DNA of 64,000 nucleotides from an uncultured Rhodospirillaceae bacterium (GCA_900550445.1 URSF01000001.1:223-64222); one strand, 5' to 3'. Shown: positions 47,394 through 60,148, numbered from the stretch's first letter. The notes: a model not told the origin generated them from the sequence alone. Translations and numbers: made by a program.

Positions 47394-48989
47394 TCACCCC
47401 GTTTTTTTTCTACGCAGCCGGCTTTTTATTTCTTTCAGATCAACGCCGCCCGAAATCAGGACAAATACGGTAAAGACGATACCGCCGGCCATGATCAGGG
47501 CAGTCAGCAGTCCGAATTTTAACAGTTGTTCCCCATGTATCCAGTCCGGGAAACAAATATCCGTTTCTTTTTTCAACATGCCGACGGTCGCGGTCATAAG
47601 CAGCGTTGAAAAAACAATCGAGGCCGTCCGTTTTTTAAAGGTTTTGTCCGTCTGATGCAGCCGTTGTTTTTTGATGCGCAAAATATATTGAATCACATTG
47701 ATCCAGGCGACGATTCCGGTGGCCAGAGCAATGCCGACATACCCGAACACGGGCAGGAACGCGGAACACAGAGCGATATACAGCCCCAAAGCCCAGGCAG
47801 CGATGCGTACCGGTGTGACGGTATCGCCGCGCGCATAGAAAACGGGGGCCAGCGTTTTTGACAGAATATAGGCCGGCAGCCCGGAAGCATAAGCGCATAA
47901 GGCCGCTGCCGTTTTAATCGTCGCCGTCGAATCGAAGGCTCCGCGTTCAAACAAAACGGCGATAATCGGTCCGCTTAACACCATTAATCCCGCCATGGAG
48001 GGAACCGAGGCCAGCAGGGCAAATTCCAGCGCCCGGTTTAAACTGTTTTGCGCTTGTTCGTTTTCTCCGGCTTTTAATTGGCGTGTCAAAATCGGCAGCA
48101 GCGCCGTTCCGATTGCCGCGCCGATAATGCCGACCGGCAGCTGATACAGCCGGTTGGCGTAATACAGCCAGGAAACGGCACCCGTTGCCAGAAAAGAAAC
48201 GAATAAAGTGTCTAAAAACAAATTGATCTGATAAATGCCGGATCCGAACACGCCGGGCAGGATACGTTTCATCAGCAGTTTTAATTCTTCGGATTTATTG
48301 TGCAGGACTCGTTTGATACTTTGCAGCCCCAAAGGCAGCCCGGCGCGGCGCGTATGCCAGATCAGCCATAACAGCTGAAAAACGCCCGCCGCCGCGACGC
48401 CGGCGGACAAAGCGTAACCGTAATTGCCGCCGAACAAAGGCGTAAAGGCAAACAGCGACGCGATCATCGTCAGATTCAGCAGTACCGGCGTTAAAGCCGC
48501 CGCGGCAAAATATCCCATTGAATTCAATATGCCGCTTTGCAGTGAATTTAACGATACCAGCAGCAGATAGGGAAACGTAATGCGCGCCATGACGACGGCT
48601 GCGTCAAACTTTTCGGGATCTTCGATAAAACCCGGCGCCTGAAGCATAATGAAAACAGGCATGGCGATTTCGGCGGCTGCCGGAAACAGCAGGACAATGT
48701 AAAACAAAGCGGAAAAAGCTTCTTCGGCAAACAGGCGCGCCTGTTCTTTTCCTTTTGTTTCCAGGCGTTCTGAAAACAAAGGGACGAACGCGACGTTAAA
48801 AGCGCCTTCGGCAAACAGGCTTCTGAATAAATTCGGCAGCTTGAACGCGACGAAAAAAGCGTCGGCAATCATGCCCGCCCCCATGAAATTCGCGATCAGC
48901 AAATCGCGGACAAATCCCAAGACGCGGCTGACCATCGTCCAGCCTCCGACGGTTAGAATTGATTTAATCACTGAAAGCGGCGCTGCCAT
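47394..48989 (-). CDS. murJ: lipid II flippase MurJ
   Basis: 531 aa, polytopic, with the MVSRVLGFVRDLLIANFMGAG start pattern typical of MurJ/MviN. Confidence 0.9.
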   Translation of the reverse strand: MAAPLSVIKSILTVGGWTMVSRVLGFVRDLLIANFMGAGMIADAFFVAFKLPNLFRSLFAEGAFNVAFVPLFSERLETKGKEQARLFAEEAFSALFYIVLLFPAAAEIAMPVFIMLQAPGFIEDPEKFDAAVVMARITFPYLLLVSLNSLQSGILNSMGYFAAAALTPVLLNLTMIASLFAFTPLFGGNYGYALSAGVAAAGVFQLLWLIWHTRRAGLPLGLQSIKRVLHNKSEELKLLMKRILPGVFGSGIYQINLFLDTLFVSFLATGAVSWLYYANRLYQLPVGIIGAAIGTALLPILTRQLKAGENEQAQNSLNRALEFALLASVPSMAGLMVLSGPIIAVLFERGAFDSTATIKTAAALCAYASGLPAYILSKTLAPVFYARGDTVTPVRIAAWALGLYIALCSAFLPVFGYVGIALATGIVAWINVIQYILRIKKQRLHQTDKTFKKRTASIVFSTLLMTATVGMLKKETDICFPDWIHGEQLLKFGLLTALIMAGGIVFTVFVLISGGVDLKEIKSRLRRKKTG

Positions 48990-51468
48990 TGATCGTATCC
49001 AATAAAGCTGTTTTTATTTGTTGCACTTTGTCGCCGCCGGTAATTTTACCGCCGTTTTCGTCCGTGACGTAAAACACGTCGACAATACGGGAACCATACG
49101 TGTAAACGTGCGCGGACACAATCTTTAAATTCAATTTTGTCATCGTGTGCGTTACGGCGTGCAGAAATCCGGTGCAGTCCGTGCCGTTGATTTCAATCAG
49201 CGTGCAGGAATCGGACGCTGCGTTGTTTATGAAAACTCTGGGCGGACACCATAAAACGGACGAAGCGGGCGCTTTTAACCGTTTTAATCGCAGTTTTTCT
49301 TTGATTGCGGCCGTATCCGCCCGCATGATGCTGTTTTGCAGGCGCTGTATTTTTTTCGCGGAATTCAAAGGCTTTTTTTCATTTAACAGGTTGGTTTCCT
49401 GAATTAAAAAAGTATCCAGCGCCATGCCGTTGTCCAGCGTCGCGATCTGGGCTTCGACGACGGAAACGTCTTCAATCGCCATGGCGCCGGTAATTTCGGC
49501 AAACAAACCGTCATGGTCGGGGGCGAGGACAATAAATTCGCTGACGGCGCGTTCGGCGTCCGTCGTGATCGAAAAAGCGTATTGTCCGGCGGCCGCTTTT
49601 CCCGCCATTTGTTTTTGCGCCGGCGTCAGGCAGCGCGCACGGCTGTCCGCTCCCTGCATTTTTTCCAAAGCCAGTGTAAACAAGTCTTTTAACAATTTAT
49701 CTTTAAAAGAATTCCAAACGTTCGGTCCGACGGCTTTGATATCTGCGGCGGTTAAAGCGTATAACAGCTTTAAACGTTCGGGCGACTGAACGACGTCAAC
49801 GAAATCTTTGATTGTCTTGGGGTCAAAGATGTCGCGTTTAAAGGCTGTTTCGCTCATCATCAAATGGTGCCCGACCAGCCAGACGACCGTTTCGGCGTCG
49901 TCGTTTTCTACGCCCAGTTCCGCCGTTATTTTTTTTGCCAGTTCCGCGCCTTTGGCCGCATGGTCGCCGCCCAGCCCTTTGCCTATGTCATGCAGCAAAG
50001 TCCCCAGATATAACGCCCGTTTTGACTGCGGCATTAATTCTTCTTCGGTATCGGATAAAAAACCGACGGCTTTGAACGTGTGTTCGTCCGTTGTATAAAC
50101 ATGGTACAGGTCGAACTGTACTTGTGCGACGATATTTTGAAATTCGGGAATCAGGTAACCTAAAACGCCGCTTTCCGCCATTTGGCGCAGGGACGATTCC
50201 GGAGAATCCGACAGCAGAATTTCAAAGAACATTTGCCGTGTTTCCGGCATATTGCGCACGCGGCGCATTAATTTTGAATTATCCGTTATCAACTGTAATG
50301 TCTGCGGATTCAGGGATAACTTTAAACGCTGCTTTAAAACGAACGCCTGTAACAAAGCCAGCGGATTTTCGTTAAAATGCAGGTGGTCTTTAAAGGCGAT
50401 CCGGTTGTTGATCAGGTAAAAGTCGGTTGTGTCTTTCAGCGGAGCAATCAGAGGCGTTCCGCTTAAAATGTCGGTAATGGCCACGGTAATCTGGCCGGAC
50501 AGTTCCCCGACCGTTTTGCAGGTCAGGTAATAATGCTTCATAAACCGTTCCGCCGCGGACTGCCCCGTACGACTGACGTATCCCATTCGTTCCGCGATTT
50601 TCTGTTGCGCGTCAAATGTCAGAATATCGCCCGCCTTGCCGTTTAACAGGTGCAGATGGCAGCGGACGGCCGCTAAAAAACGATGCGCTTTTAAAAATTT
50701 GTGACAGGCGACGGGACTTAGAATCCCCAAGCCGACCAAATCGGGCATATCGGTAATGCCGAACAGATATTTTGCCAGCCAGAACATCAAATGCAGATCG
50801 CGCAGGCCGCCGCGGCCTTCTTTAACGTTGGGTTCCAGCATGTATTTCGATTGTCCCATACGTTTATAACGCGTTCGGCGTTCGTCCAGTTTTGCTTCGA
50901 CAAATTCCCGCTGTGTTCCGTCAGTGCGCAGCGTTTCATACCGGGCGCAGAAATCGTTGAACAAAGCTTTGTTCCCCCACACCGGACGGCTTTCCAGCAG
51001 ATTTGTCCGGATACTGACGTCACGGCGAGCTTCTGAAATACATTGCGCGGGTGTGCGGACGGACGATCCGACTTTCAGCCCCGCGTCCCACAACAGAGAA
51101 GTGATAAAGGAAACGATTTCCAGATTTTCCTGATCGCCTTCATTAAACAAAAACAGCACGTCAACGTCCGAATACGGCGCCAGTTCTTTTCGTCCGTATC
51201 CGCCGACGGCCGCCAGCGCCAAACCGTTCCCCGCGCCGGGAAAAACGGTTTCGTTCAAAAAGGTCATTGTTTCCGACAGCATTTGATCCAGTTCGTCGGC
51301 ATGGAAAAACATCGCTTCCAATCCGCTGATTGACGGCGAATTCAGCGTCTGTGCCAGATTTGCCAGAATTTGGTCGCGCTTTTGCCGCAATACCGCGGCC
51401 GGCGCCGCTTTTTTATCGGCCGGCGCGGCGGTATTCCATGCCTGTTCCAGATCGTGTTTTAATGTCAT
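48964..51468 (-). CDS. glnD: bifunctional [protein-PII] uridylyltransferase/uridylyl-removing enzyme
   Basis: Nucleotidyltransferase motif (GGYGRKELAPYSDVDVLFL), HD domain (HDIGKG), and two C-terminal ACT domains. Confidence 0.9.
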   Translation of the reverse strand: MTLKHDLEQAWNTAAPADKKAAPAAVLRQKRDQILANLAQTLNSPSISGLEAMFFHADELDQMLSETMTFLNETVFPGAGNGLALAAVGGYGRKELAPYSDVDVLFLFNEGDQENLEIVSFITSLLWDAGLKVGSSVRTPAQCISEARRDVSIRTNLLESRPVWGNKALFNDFCARYETLRTDGTQREFVEAKLDERRTRYKRMGQSKYMLEPNVKEGRGGLRDLHLMFWLAKYLFGITDMPDLVGLGILSPVACHKFLKAHRFLAAVRCHLHLLNGKAGDILTFDAQQKIAERMGYVSRTGQSAAERFMKHYYLTCKTVGELSGQITVAITDILSGTPLIAPLKDTTDFYLINNRIAFKDHLHFNENPLALLQAFVLKQRLKLSLNPQTLQLITDNSKLMRRVRNMPETRQMFFEILLSDSPESSLRQMAESGVLGYLIPEFQNIVAQVQFDLYHVYTTDEHTFKAVGFLSDTEEELMPQSKRALYLGTLLHDIGKGLGGDHAAKGAELAKKITAELGVENDDAETVVWLVGHHLMMSETAFKRDIFDPKTIKDFVDVVQSPERLKLLYALTAADIKAVGPNVWNSFKDKLLKDLFTLALEKMQGADSRARCLTPAQKQMAGKAAAGQYAFSITTDAERAVSEFIVLAPDHDGLFAEITGAMAIEDVSVVEAQIATLDNGMALDTFLIQETNLLNEKKPLNSAKKIQRLQNSIMRADTAAIKEKLRLKRLKAPASSVLWCPPRVFINNAASDSCTLIEINGTDCTGFLHAVTHTMTKLNLKIVSAHVYTYGSRIVDVFYVTDENGGKITGGDKVQQIKTALLDTINGSAAFSD

Positions 51469-54182
51469 TTGTTTTGATCTGCCAGTTGTTTTAATCTGTA
51501 CAGTTCGTCCAGAGCCTGCCTGGGCGTCAGGTTGTCGGGGATAATTTTACTTAAGGCTTCGATAACGGGAGAAGGTTCGGATATTTTTTCCGGTTCCGTT
51601 TTTTCTGTTTCCGCTTTCTTTTTAACCAAAGCGAATAAAGGCAGGTCGTTCATGAAATTGATTTCATAAGAACCCTGCTTTTCCATTTGTTCCAGCACTT
51701 GTCCGGCTCTGGCGATAACGGCGGGAGGCAGCCCGGCCAGCCGCCCGACGTGAATGCCGTAAGAACGATCCGCCGTTCCTTTAATGACTTCATGCAGGAA
51801 AATGACGTTTCCTTTCCATTCTTTGATCCGCATGGTGTACAGCGACAAATGCGCCAGCATTTCGGTCAAAGCCGTTAATTCGTGATAATGCGTTGCGAAC
51901 AAAGCGCGGGATTTGTTGACGTCGTGCAGATGTTCCACAACGGCCCAGGCAATGGACAGCCCGTCGAAAGTCGCCGTTCCGCGGCCGATTTCGTCCAGAA
52001 TAACCAAAGACCGTTCGGTCGACTGGTTTAAAATTGCCGCCGTTTCGATCATTTCGACCATAAAGGTTGACCGCCCGCGCGCCAGATCGTCCGCCGCGCC
52101 GACGCGGGAAAACAGCTTGTCCACTATGCCGATTCGCGCGGACTGCGCCGGTACGTAACACCCGGCCTGCGCCAAAATGGCAATCAAGGCGTTCTGACGT
52201 AAAAACGTGCTTTTGCCCGCCATGTTCGGGCCGGTGATCAGCCACAGCCGCCCGTCTTTTGTTTCATGATTGCCCAAGCGACAATCGTTGGTGATAAACC
52301 CGGATTCATGCGCGGCTTTCATTGTTTGTTCGACAACGGGGTGACGGCCTTTGACAATATCAAATGCCAGACTGTCTTCCAGCACGGGGCGACAGTAATC
52401 ATGTTCTTCCGCGGTCTGCGCCAATCCGGCGGCAACGTCCAGAACGGCTAAGATCTGCGCGTTGCGGGCAATCTGATCGGCGGCTTTCATGACTTTGTTG
52501 ACCAGATCCGTAAACAGGTTTAATTCCAAAACCAGCGCTTTTTCCGCCGCGCCGCGCAGTTTGTCTTCCATTTCGGACAACTCGACGGTCGTAAAGCGTA
52601 CGGCGTTTGCCATTGTCTGCCTGTGCATGAAAATGGATTTTCCTTCGCGGGCTTCTTCCAAAATTTTCTGAGCGTTTTTGGCTGAAACCTCGATAAAGTA
52701 TCCCATCAGGTTGTTATGCGATATCTTTAACCCGGAAACGCCGGCAATTTCGGTATATTTGGCTTGCAGTTCTATGATCATCTGCCGGCTTTGGTCGCGC
52801 AGACGCTTTACTTCGTCCAGCTCGGCGCAATACATCGGCGCGATAAACCCGCCGTCGCGGGCCAGCAAAGGCAGATCCGCAGCCAAAGCACGGCACAGGG
52901 TATCCGTCAAATCGTCCAGACTGTTCAGCGATTTCAGGCAGTTTTCAATCGCCGAGGGCATGCCCAGTTCGGAATGCAGAGCCAGTTTCATATCCGGGAT
53001 CTGCTTTAACGTATCGCGGATCGCGGCCAGGTCGCGCGGCCCGCCCCGGCCCAAAGACAGTCGCGCCAAAGCCCGTTCCATATCCGGACATTCGGCCAGC
53101 CGGTCGCGGATTGTCGCGCGGATTATGGGGTTTTTGATGAAAAATTCGATTCTGTCCAGCCGTTTGTTGATAGCGGCGACGTCTGTCAACGGCAAAGAAA
53201 GATACCGTGACAACAGCCGCGCGCCCGAACCGGTGACTGTTTTATCAATGCTGGAAAACAAAGTCGGGCCTTTTTCTTCGCACAGGGAATGGAATAATTC
53301 CAAATTGCGCCGCGTTGCCGTATCAATTTCCATTAACCGGCCGGAAGTGAAGTGTTTCAGCGGATTTAGTCTGGGCGTTTGCCCTTTTTGTGTTAATTCG
53401 ATGTAATCAACCAGAGCCCCCGCGGCCCCCAGTTCACATTTGTTAAAATGTCCGAAAGCGTCCAGCGTTTGAACGTTAAAGAATTTTTCCAGTCTTTTCT
53501 GTCCGTTTTCCGGAGAAAAGCGTACTGCCGGCAGAGGAGTCAGAATTCGTTTGAATTCGTTGAATAATTCAAAAAACTCAGGCGCTTGCAGAATTTTATC
53601 CGAAACAATGATTTCTTTCGGTTCCAGCCGGGAAATGCCGGCGGACAAAGGCCCCGGCGTTTTGTCGGGCAGTGTCTGGACGGCGAAATCTCCCGTCGAT
53701 ACGTCCACCCAGGCCATGCCGATGCCGTCGGCCGTCTGCGTCAGGGACAAAAGGTAATTGCAGGAACGGGGTTCCAAAATGTTGTCTTCGGTCAGTGTTC
53801 CCGGCGTGATCAGCCGGATTACTTCGCGTTTGACCAATGTGCCGGACCCGCGTTCTTTGCGTGCCTGAACGGGATCTTCCATCTGTTCGCAGATGGCGAC
53901 TTTAAATCCTTTTTTTATCAGACGGGAAAGATAAATTTCATGAGAATGAACCGGCACGCCGCACATCGGAATGTCCTGTCCTTTTTCGCGGTTGCGTTTG
54001 GTCAGAGCAATATCCAGCGCCGCCGAAGCTTTGATCGCGTCGTCAAAAAACATTTCGTAAAAATCGCCCATACGGTAAAACAGCAGATAGCCTTCGTTCT
54101 GGCGTTTGATTTCAAAATACTGTTCCATCATCGGCGTTGATTTCTGCGTTTTGTTCGGCGTCGTTTCAGCTGTTTGATTCAT
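51465..54182 (-). CDS. mutS: DNA mismatch repair protein MutS
   Basis: TPMMEQY start, GDFYE mismatch-binding motif, Walker A GPNMAGKST, and the STFMVEM motif. Confidence 0.97.
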   Translation of the reverse strand: MNQTAETTPNKTQKSTPMMEQYFEIKRQNEGYLLFYRMGDFYEMFFDDAIKASAALDIALTKRNREKGQDIPMCGVPVHSHEIYLSRLIKKGFKVAICEQMEDPVQARKERGSGTLVKREVIRLITPGTLTEDNILEPRSCNYLLSLTQTADGIGMAWVDVSTGDFAVQTLPDKTPGPLSAGISRLEPKEIIVSDKILQAPEFFELFNEFKRILTPLPAVRFSPENGQKRLEKFFNVQTLDAFGHFNKCELGAAGALVDYIELTQKGQTPRLNPLKHFTSGRLMEIDTATRRNLELFHSLCEEKGPTLFSSIDKTVTGSGARLLSRYLSLPLTDVAAINKRLDRIEFFIKNPIIRATIRDRLAECPDMERALARLSLGRGGPRDLAAIRDTLKQIPDMKLALHSELGMPSAIENCLKSLNSLDDLTDTLCRALAADLPLLARDGGFIAPMYCAELDEVKRLRDQSRQMIIELQAKYTEIAGVSGLKISHNNLMGYFIEVSAKNAQKILEEAREGKSIFMHRQTMANAVRFTTVELSEMEDKLRGAAEKALVLELNLFTDLVNKVMKAADQIARNAQILAVLDVAAGLAQTAEEHDYCRPVLEDSLAFDIVKGRHPVVEQTMKAAHESGFITNDCRLGNHETKDGRLWLITGPNMAGKSTFLRQNALIAILAQAGCYVPAQSARIGIVDKLFSRVGAADDLARGRSTFMVEMIETAAILNQSTERSLVILDEIGRGTATFDGLSIAWAVVEHLHDVNKSRALFATHYHELTALTEMLAHLSLYTMRIKEWKGNVIFLHEVIKGTADRSYGIHVGRLAGLPPAVIARAGQVLEQMEKQGSYEINFMNDLPLFALVKKKAETEKTEPEKISEPSPVIEALSKIIPDNLTPRQALDELYRLKQLADQNK

Positions 54183-54259
54183 AGCAATTCACTTCTTTAT
54201 TTATTTATGATATCTGTAATATATCCATTTTTAACCGATCAATAAAGACTTGAAATATC

Positions 54260-55501
<1,242 letters not shown>

Positions 55502-55507
55502 CGAATT

Positions 55508-56977
55508 ATGTCAAAGCAGAATTCTGATCAAAACGACGTTCCTTATCAATTTACGGAACGTGTTTTAACGGTTTCTCTGCCGACGGCATTTATGTTGATT
55601 ATTCTGGTCGCGGCCGGTGAAATTGATGCAATGAGCGCAATTGTCGGTTTTGCCATGGTTGTGTGTTTGACAATCGTGCTGGCTATGCCTTTTTTGATGA
55701 ATTTAAAAAATCTGACACAGTATGTTCATCAGATTGCGCAGGAAGAAGAAGTGTCCGATATTCCCGTTTTCGGCAAAAAAGATGAAGAATCTACCCGTAT
55801 TATCGCCGCGATTAATCAGATGCGCAATATCTGGACGACGCGCACGGAAAAATTGGAAGCGCAGACTTTGTCCGACGCCGCCGTGTTGGACAGTCTGCCC
55901 GACCCTTTGCTGATGCTGGATAACGAAGGCCAGGTGATCGGCGCCAATCTGGCGGCGCGCGAACTGTTCGGCTTTAACGTTCGCGGGCAGACGCTGCGTC
56001 TGCTGGTCGATTCTCAATATCTGCCTTTGGCGGCGGAACGTATTTTGCAAGGCGAAACGCGCAAGGAAAGTTTGGAAATATGTTTAAAGCAAAAGGTGTT
56101 CAACGCAAAGCTGGAACGCCTGCCGGCGACGGCCAAAGCCGGCGCCGTTATGGTTTTGACGCTGTACGACATGACGGCGCGCAAACAATTTGAACAGATG
56201 CAGGCGGATTTTATCGCCAATGCCAGCCATGAACTGCGTACGCCGCTGTCCGTTTTGTCCGGTTTTATTGAAACATTACAGTCGACGGCCAAAGAAGACG
56301 AACAGGCTCGCGAGAAATTTTTAACGATTATGCATACGCAGGCAGTCAGAATGTCGGGATTGATCGAAAGCCTGCTGTGCCTGTCGCGCTTGCAGATGAG
56401 CGAAGGAGAAAAGTTGTCCGATTTCGTTGATATTCCGGAATTACTGCCGGCAGTTAAGCAAATGCTGGACGCCAAAGCGGTTAAAACAAATATGTCGATC
56501 GTTTTGAAACCCTGCGCCCAGTCCGGAATAATTTTCGGGAATATCAACGAATTAAATCAGGTTTTTCAAAATTTAACGGACAATGCGTTAAAATACGGCA
56601 AACCCGGCGGGCAGGTGACAGTTTCCTGCCGTGTCTTTGAAAATCAGGACGTGTCTGAAATCAAATCGCCGATGATTTACGCGGTTGCCGTTCATAATAC
56701 GGGCGAACCGATCGCTGCGGAATATCTGCCGCACCTGTTTGAACGGTTTTACCGTGTTGCCGCGACTAAAAACAAAGCGGTCGGGACAGGATTGGGACTG
56801 TCAATCGTGCAGCAGATTGTTAAGCACCACGGCGGTATGATAAAAGTGGAAAGTTCCAATGAAACCGGGACAGTGTTTACTGTTTACCTGCCGATGTATC
56901 CGCAGCAGGATTCTGAGGAAACTTTCGATTCAGCAAAATCAGAACAACCAGCCCCGGCAGACTTAGAAAAGCCGTAA
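55508..56977 (+). CDS. phoR: PhoR-like sensor histidine kinase
   Basis: Two TM helices, a PAS-like segment, H-box FIANASHELRTPLS, and N/G boxes (NLTDNALKYG, GTGLGLSIV). It carries an extra ~27-aa acidic tail that overlaps ampG on the other strand. No response regulator is adjacent. Confidence 0.65.
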   Translation: MSKQNSDQNDVPYQFTERVLTVSLPTAFMLIILVAAGEIDAMSAIVGFAMVVCLTIVLAMPFLMNLKNLTQYVHQIAQEEEVSDIPVFGKKDEESTRIIAAINQMRNIWTTRTEKLEAQTLSDAAVLDSLPDPLLMLDNEGQVIGANLAARELFGFNVRGQTLRLLVDSQYLPLAAERILQGETRKESLEICLKQKVFNAKLERLPATAKAGAVMVLTLYDMTARKQFEQMQADFIANASHELRTPLSVLSGFIETLQSTAKEDEQAREKFLTIMHTQAVRMSGLIESLLCLSRLQMSEGEKLSDFVDIPELLPAVKQMLDAKAVKTNMSIVLKPCAQSGIIFGNINELNQVFQNLTDNALKYGKPGGQVTVSCRVFENQDVSEIKSPMIYAVAVHNTGEPIAAEYLPHLFERFYRVAATKNKAVGTGLGLSIVQQIVKHHGGMIKVESSNETGTVFTVYLPMYPQQDSEETFDSAKSEQPAPADLEKP

Positions 56978-58154
56978 TGGTAAAAAATACCGGCCAGATC
57001 GTATGATCGGCCAGCCACCCGCTGCCGGAAGACAGCAGATCGCGCGGCAAGGCCATCAGCGAACTCAGTAAAGCATACTGTGTCGCCGTATAAGCCGTAT
57101 TGCACAAGAAAGACATGTAAGCCACAAAGGCCGACGTCGCCATGGCTGAAGCCAGATTGTCGGACACGACGGAAATCATCAGCCATACCAAACTGTTTCC
57201 CTGCGTTGCCAGATAAGCGAACGGCAGATTGCTGATTCCCTGCAGGATCCCGCAGATCAGCAGGCTGCGCATGATTCCCCACCGAACGACCGCTATTCCG
57301 CCCAGCAAACCGCCCAGTATGGTTGCGGCGATACCGTACAGTTTGACGACGGTGGCGATCTGGTCGTACGAAAATCCCATTTCGATGTAGAATGGCGCCG
57401 TCATCGTTCCCAATGTCGTTTCGCATAACTTGTACAACATAATAAACAGGACGATCCAAACCCAGCCGGGACGGGAAACAAAGTCTTTGATCGGCGCAAC
57501 AACGGCCTCTTCAAAAAAGTTTCCGTCATTTTTTAATGTCTGATGCGACGGTTCTCTGACGATCAGGATCGTTATAATGCCGATTAAGCCCGATATGGCC
57601 AGCAGTGTATAAACGCTTTCCCAGGACATGATTTCAGCCATATAAAGGGCGCCGGCGCCGGCGGCCAGCATACCGATGCGGTATCCGAAAACGAAACTGC
57701 CCGAAGCCGCGCCCTGATCCTGCGGTTCAAAATCTTCGACGCGGAAAGCATCAAACACGATATCCTGAGAAGCGGAAAAAAACGCGACGGCAACGGCGCA
57801 TAAGCCTGTCAGAATCGGATCGGCCGCCGGATTTGTTCTGATCAACAACAGCAAGCTGATCATTAATCCGAACTGAAACACCAGAGCCCAAGACCGCCTG
57901 CGCCCCAGCAGAGCCGTCAGAACAGGCAGCTGCAGACGGTCGACATACGGTGCCCATAGAAATTTAAAGCTGTACGGAAACCTGACCAGAGAAAACAGCG
58001 CAATGTCTGTTTTGGATACCCCTTTGCTGGTCAACCAGTAAGCCAGCGTTGAAAAAATCAGTACAAACGGCAGTCCGCTGAACAGCCCCAGAATCAACAT
58101 CACAATCATTTTCGGATTGCGGTATACGCCGATGGAGGCTTTCCAGCTGTTCAT
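56877..58154 (-). CDS. ampG: AmpG-family MFS permease (muropeptide transporter-like)
   Basis: 425 aa, 12+ TM helices, with the AmpG-type N-terminus (LGLFSGLPFVLIFSTLAYWL). Confidence 0.85.
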   Translation of the reverse strand: MNSWKASIGVYRNPKMIVMLILGLFSGLPFVLIFSTLAYWLTSKGVSKTDIALFSLVRFPYSFKFLWAPYVDRLQLPVLTALLGRRRSWALVFQFGLMISLLLLIRTNPAADPILTGLCAVAVAFFSASQDIVFDAFRVEDFEPQDQGAASGSFVFGYRIGMLAAGAGALYMAEIMSWESVYTLLAISGLIGIITILIVREPSHQTLKNDGNFFEEAVVAPIKDFVSRPGWVWIVLFIMLYKLCETTLGTMTAPFYIEMGFSYDQIATVVKLYGIAATILGGLLGGIAVVRWGIMRSLLICGILQGISNLPFAYLATQGNSLVWLMISVVSDNLASAMATSAFVAYMSFLCNTAYTATQYALLSSLMALPRDLLSSGSGWLADHTIWPVFFTITAFLSLPGLVVLILLNRKFPQNPAADTSAGKQ

Positions 58155-58156
58155 TT

Positions 58157-59986
58157 TTATTCCTGATCCATTTTCGCGGCTTTGTTCGCGGCGCGCTTGC
58201 GCAGATTTTCGTCCAGAATAACTTTGCGCAGACGGAATGTTTTCGGCGTGACTTCGACCAGTTCGTCTTCCTGAATATAGGCCAGCGCTTCTTCCAGACT
58301 CATTTTTTTAGGCGGAGTCAGCATGACGTTATCGTCCTTGCCCGCCGCGCGGATATTCGTCAAATGTTTCGTTTTAACAGGGTTGACTTCAATGTCGTTT
58401 GATTTCGTGTGTTCTCCGATAATCATGCCGGCATAAACGTCAACGCCGGGTTCGATAAACATCGGGCCGCGGTCTTCCAGTTTCCACAAAGCGTAAGGAA
58501 CCGCTTTGCCGTTGTCCGTTGAAATCATTACTCCCGTTCTACGCCCCGGAATTGCTCCTTTGTAGGGCTGATAGCTGTGAAACAACTTGTTCATAACGCC
58601 CGTGCCGCAGGTGTCGGTTAAGAACTGGGAATGGTAACCGATCAGGCTGCGCGAAGGCACCAAAAACGTCACGCGCGTTTTATTACCGCCCGACGGACGC
58701 ATATCCGTCATTTCCGCCCGGCGTTCGCCCAGCTTTTCGCAGACGGTGCCGACATATTGTTCGTCAACGTCAACGATGACTTCTTCAATCGGTTCCAGCT
58801 TTTTGCCCGAAACCGGATCAACCTGCATCAGTACGCGCGGACGGCTGATGGACAGTTCGTATCCTTCGCGGCGCATCTGTTCGATTAAAATTCCCAGCTG
58901 CAGTTCGCCGCGGCCCGCGACTTCAAAAGCGTCCGTCGTGTCCGTGCGTGAAATGCGCAGAGCAACGTTGCCTTCGGCTTCTTTTTGCAAACGGTCCCAG
59001 ATAACGCGGGAAGTTACTTTATCGCCGTCTTTTCCGGCCAGAGGCGACGTGTTGATTGAAAATGTCATGGCCAAAGTCGGCGGATCAATCGGCTGTGCCG
59101 GAATCGGCGTCGTGACCGAAGGATCGCATAATGTGTCGGCAACGGTCGCTTTGGTTAATCCGGCCAAAGCGACGATATCGCCGGCGCCGGCTTCTTCCAG
59201 TCCGGTGCGCTTTAACCCGCGGAAAGCCAGAATTTTGCTGACGCGCGCCGTTTCGATCATTTTGCCGTCGCGTCCGATTGCCTTGATCGTTGAATTGACT
59301 TTGACGGAACCCGAATGAATTTTTCCCGTCAGAATACGGCCGACGAACGGATCGTTTTCAATCGCGGTCACCAGCAGGGAAAACGGCCCGTGCGGATCGC
59401 ACTTCGGCGGCGGCACGTAATCCATGATTAAATCAAACAGCGGCGCGATGGATTCGCGGGGATCTTTGTCCAAATCCCTGACGGCCCAGCCTTCGCGGCC
59501 GGAAGCGTAAAGGACAGGGAAATCCAGCTGTTCGTCCGTAGCGTCCAATGAAGCAAACAAATCAAAGACTTCTTCGTAAACTTCCTGCGGTCTGGCGTCG
59601 GGCCGGTCAACTTTGTTGATGACGACAATCGGCTTTAATCCGATTTTCAAAGCCTTGCTGACGACAAACTTTGTCTGCGGCAAAGGGCCTTCGGCCGCGT
59701 CAACCAGCACAATGGCCGAATCGACCATATCCAGGATACGTTCGACTTCTCCGCCGAAATCGGCGTGCCCCGGCGTGTCGACAATATTAAAACGCGCCCC
59801 TTTCCATTCAACGGAAGTGCATTTTGCCAAAATCGTAATGCCGCGTTCGCGTTCCAGATCGTTGGAATCCAGCGCCCGTTCGGCGACAACCTGATTGTCG
59901 CGGAATGTTCCGCTTTGACGCAGCATAGTATCGACCAGTGTCGTTTTGCCGTGGTCGACGTGGGCAATAATCGCAATATTACGCAT
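58157..59986 (-). CDS. typA: translational GTPase TypA/BipA
   Basis: [36 protein letters not shown]. 609 aa. Confidence 0.97.
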   Translation of the reverse strand: MRNIAIIAHVDHGKTTLVDTMLRQSGTFRDNQVVAERALDSNDLERERGITILAKCTSVEWKGARFNIVDTPGHADFGGEVERILDMVDSAIVLVDAAEGPLPQTKFVVSKALKIGLKPIVVINKVDRPDARPQEVYEEVFDLFASLDATDEQLDFPVLYASGREGWAVRDLDKDPRESIAPLFDLIMDYVPPPKCDPHGPFSLLVTAIENDPFVGRILTGKIHSGSVKVNSTIKAIGRDGKMIETARVSKILAFRGLKRTGLEEAGAGDIVALAGLTKATVADTLCDPSVTTPIPAQPIDPPTLAMTFSINTSPLAGKDGDKVTSRVIWDRLQKEAEGNVALRISRTDTTDAFEVAGRGELQLGILIEQMRREGYELSISRPRVLMQVDPVSGKKLEPIEEVIVDVDEQYVGTVCEKLGERRAEMTDMRPSGGNKTRVTFLVPSRSLIGYHSQFLTDTCGTGVMNKLFHSYQPYKGAIPGRRTGVMISTDNGKAVPYALWKLEDRGPMFIEPGVDVYAGMIIGEHTKSNDIEVNPVKTKHLTNIRAAGKDDNVMLTPPKKMSLEEALAYIQEDELVEVTPKTFRLRKVILDENLRKRAANKAAKMDQE

Positions 59987-60148
59987 AGGAGTTCTTCTTT
60001 AAATAATTAAGTCATGTCAGATACGCTTTTACGGATTCTTGTTGTTTTTGTCAATTCCCGTTGTTTTGTCGGCTGTTGTTTTTTTCATGGATTCTCCGGT
60101 CTTTCGGGCGTATCCTGCGAAGATCGAAATAGAGGAAAGGAATTGTTC

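Noticed and set aside
48964-48989. 26-nt overlap between the glnD end and the murJ start as a regulatory feature.
   Set aside because: It may be an artefact of start choice. An in-frame ATG 18 codons downstream (MVSRVLGF..., at 48935) gives a canonical MurJ N-terminus without overlap.
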